The notes under the pieces are model-generated. The model was not told the origin of the DNA and ran no database searches. It was given only the letters and a program-made list of their open reading frames with translations. 64,000 bases of DNA from assembly GCA_964471165.1 (NCBI GenBank), contig CAYYEX010000004.1, forward strand, positions 22,378 through 86,377, in the 5' to 3' direction. Positions 63,978 through 64,000 of this stretch are shown here, one piece after another. This DNA comes from an uncultured Candidatus Saccharibacteria bacterium (GTDB lineage: Bacteria; Patescibacteriota; Minisyncoccia; Phycocordibacterales; UBA2100). How positions within the stretch are numbered: position 1 is the stretch's first letter; every line of letters starts with the position of its first letter. A program made the position numbers and the translations under genes.

Positions 63978-64000
63978 CCATTCAAACGGTGCAGCAAATG

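Noticed and set aside
1-64000. CRISPR arrays, rRNA/tRNA genes, IS elements and integrases
   Set aside because: I found no direct-repeat/spacer periodicity, no tRNA cloverleaf in any intergenic region over 60 bp, and no DDE or tyrosine-recombinase-like ORFs.

Overview
This window looks like it comes from a small-genome bacterium of the CPR/Patescibacteria type, though I can only infer that. GC content is about 55 %. The ribosomal S10/spc/secY region has no L30 gene, several ribosomal proteins carry K/A- or R/G-rich extensions, and TTG/GTG starts are common. The minus strand carries a nearly complete ribosomal protein super-operon (rplC-rplD-rplW-rplB ... rpsS-rplV-rpsC-rplP-rpmC-rpsQ-rplN-rplX-rplE ... 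rpsN-rpsH-rplF-rplR-rpsE-rplO-secY ... gmk-adk-map-purD). Two small foreign-looking islands interrupt it, each with its own promoters and terminators. One sits between rplB and rpsS (34.2-37.4 kb) and encodes secreted proteins, a squalene/phytoene-synthase-like enzyme and an alpha/beta hydrolase. The other sits between rplE and rpsN (28.8-30.55 kb) and encodes a methyltransferase plus a hypothetical protein. The first 10 kb hold an SOS cassette (lexA, a DnaQ-like exonuclease, dinB), with a Gram-positive-type LexA box placed between lexA and a divergent thermonuclease gene. An infC-rpmI-rplT operon, ndk, an RNase-J-like MBL nuclease and a 934-aa VirD4/TraG-like ATPase follow. The last roughly 24 kb (40.1-64 kb) are a dense accessory region, and this is where I would look for an undescribed system. 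It contains a YcaO cyclodehydratase, a SagB-type dehydrogenase and a polytopic membrane protein (a TOMM/LAP-like RiPP core), with a divergent small Cys/Gly-rich peptide gene next to them. Beside these sit a CmoB-like/CmoA-like (carboxy-SAM) gene pair and a PRTase fused to a PQQ beta-propeller. The region also holds expanded paralog families: three Cys/His-rich secreted proteins, three PP-loop (SGGxDS) ATPases, two of them each preceded by a conserved ~230-aa partner protein, two PaaK-like adenylating enzymes, a His-tailed cupin and two tandem TPR proteins. I found no rRNA, tRNA, CRISPR array or transposase.
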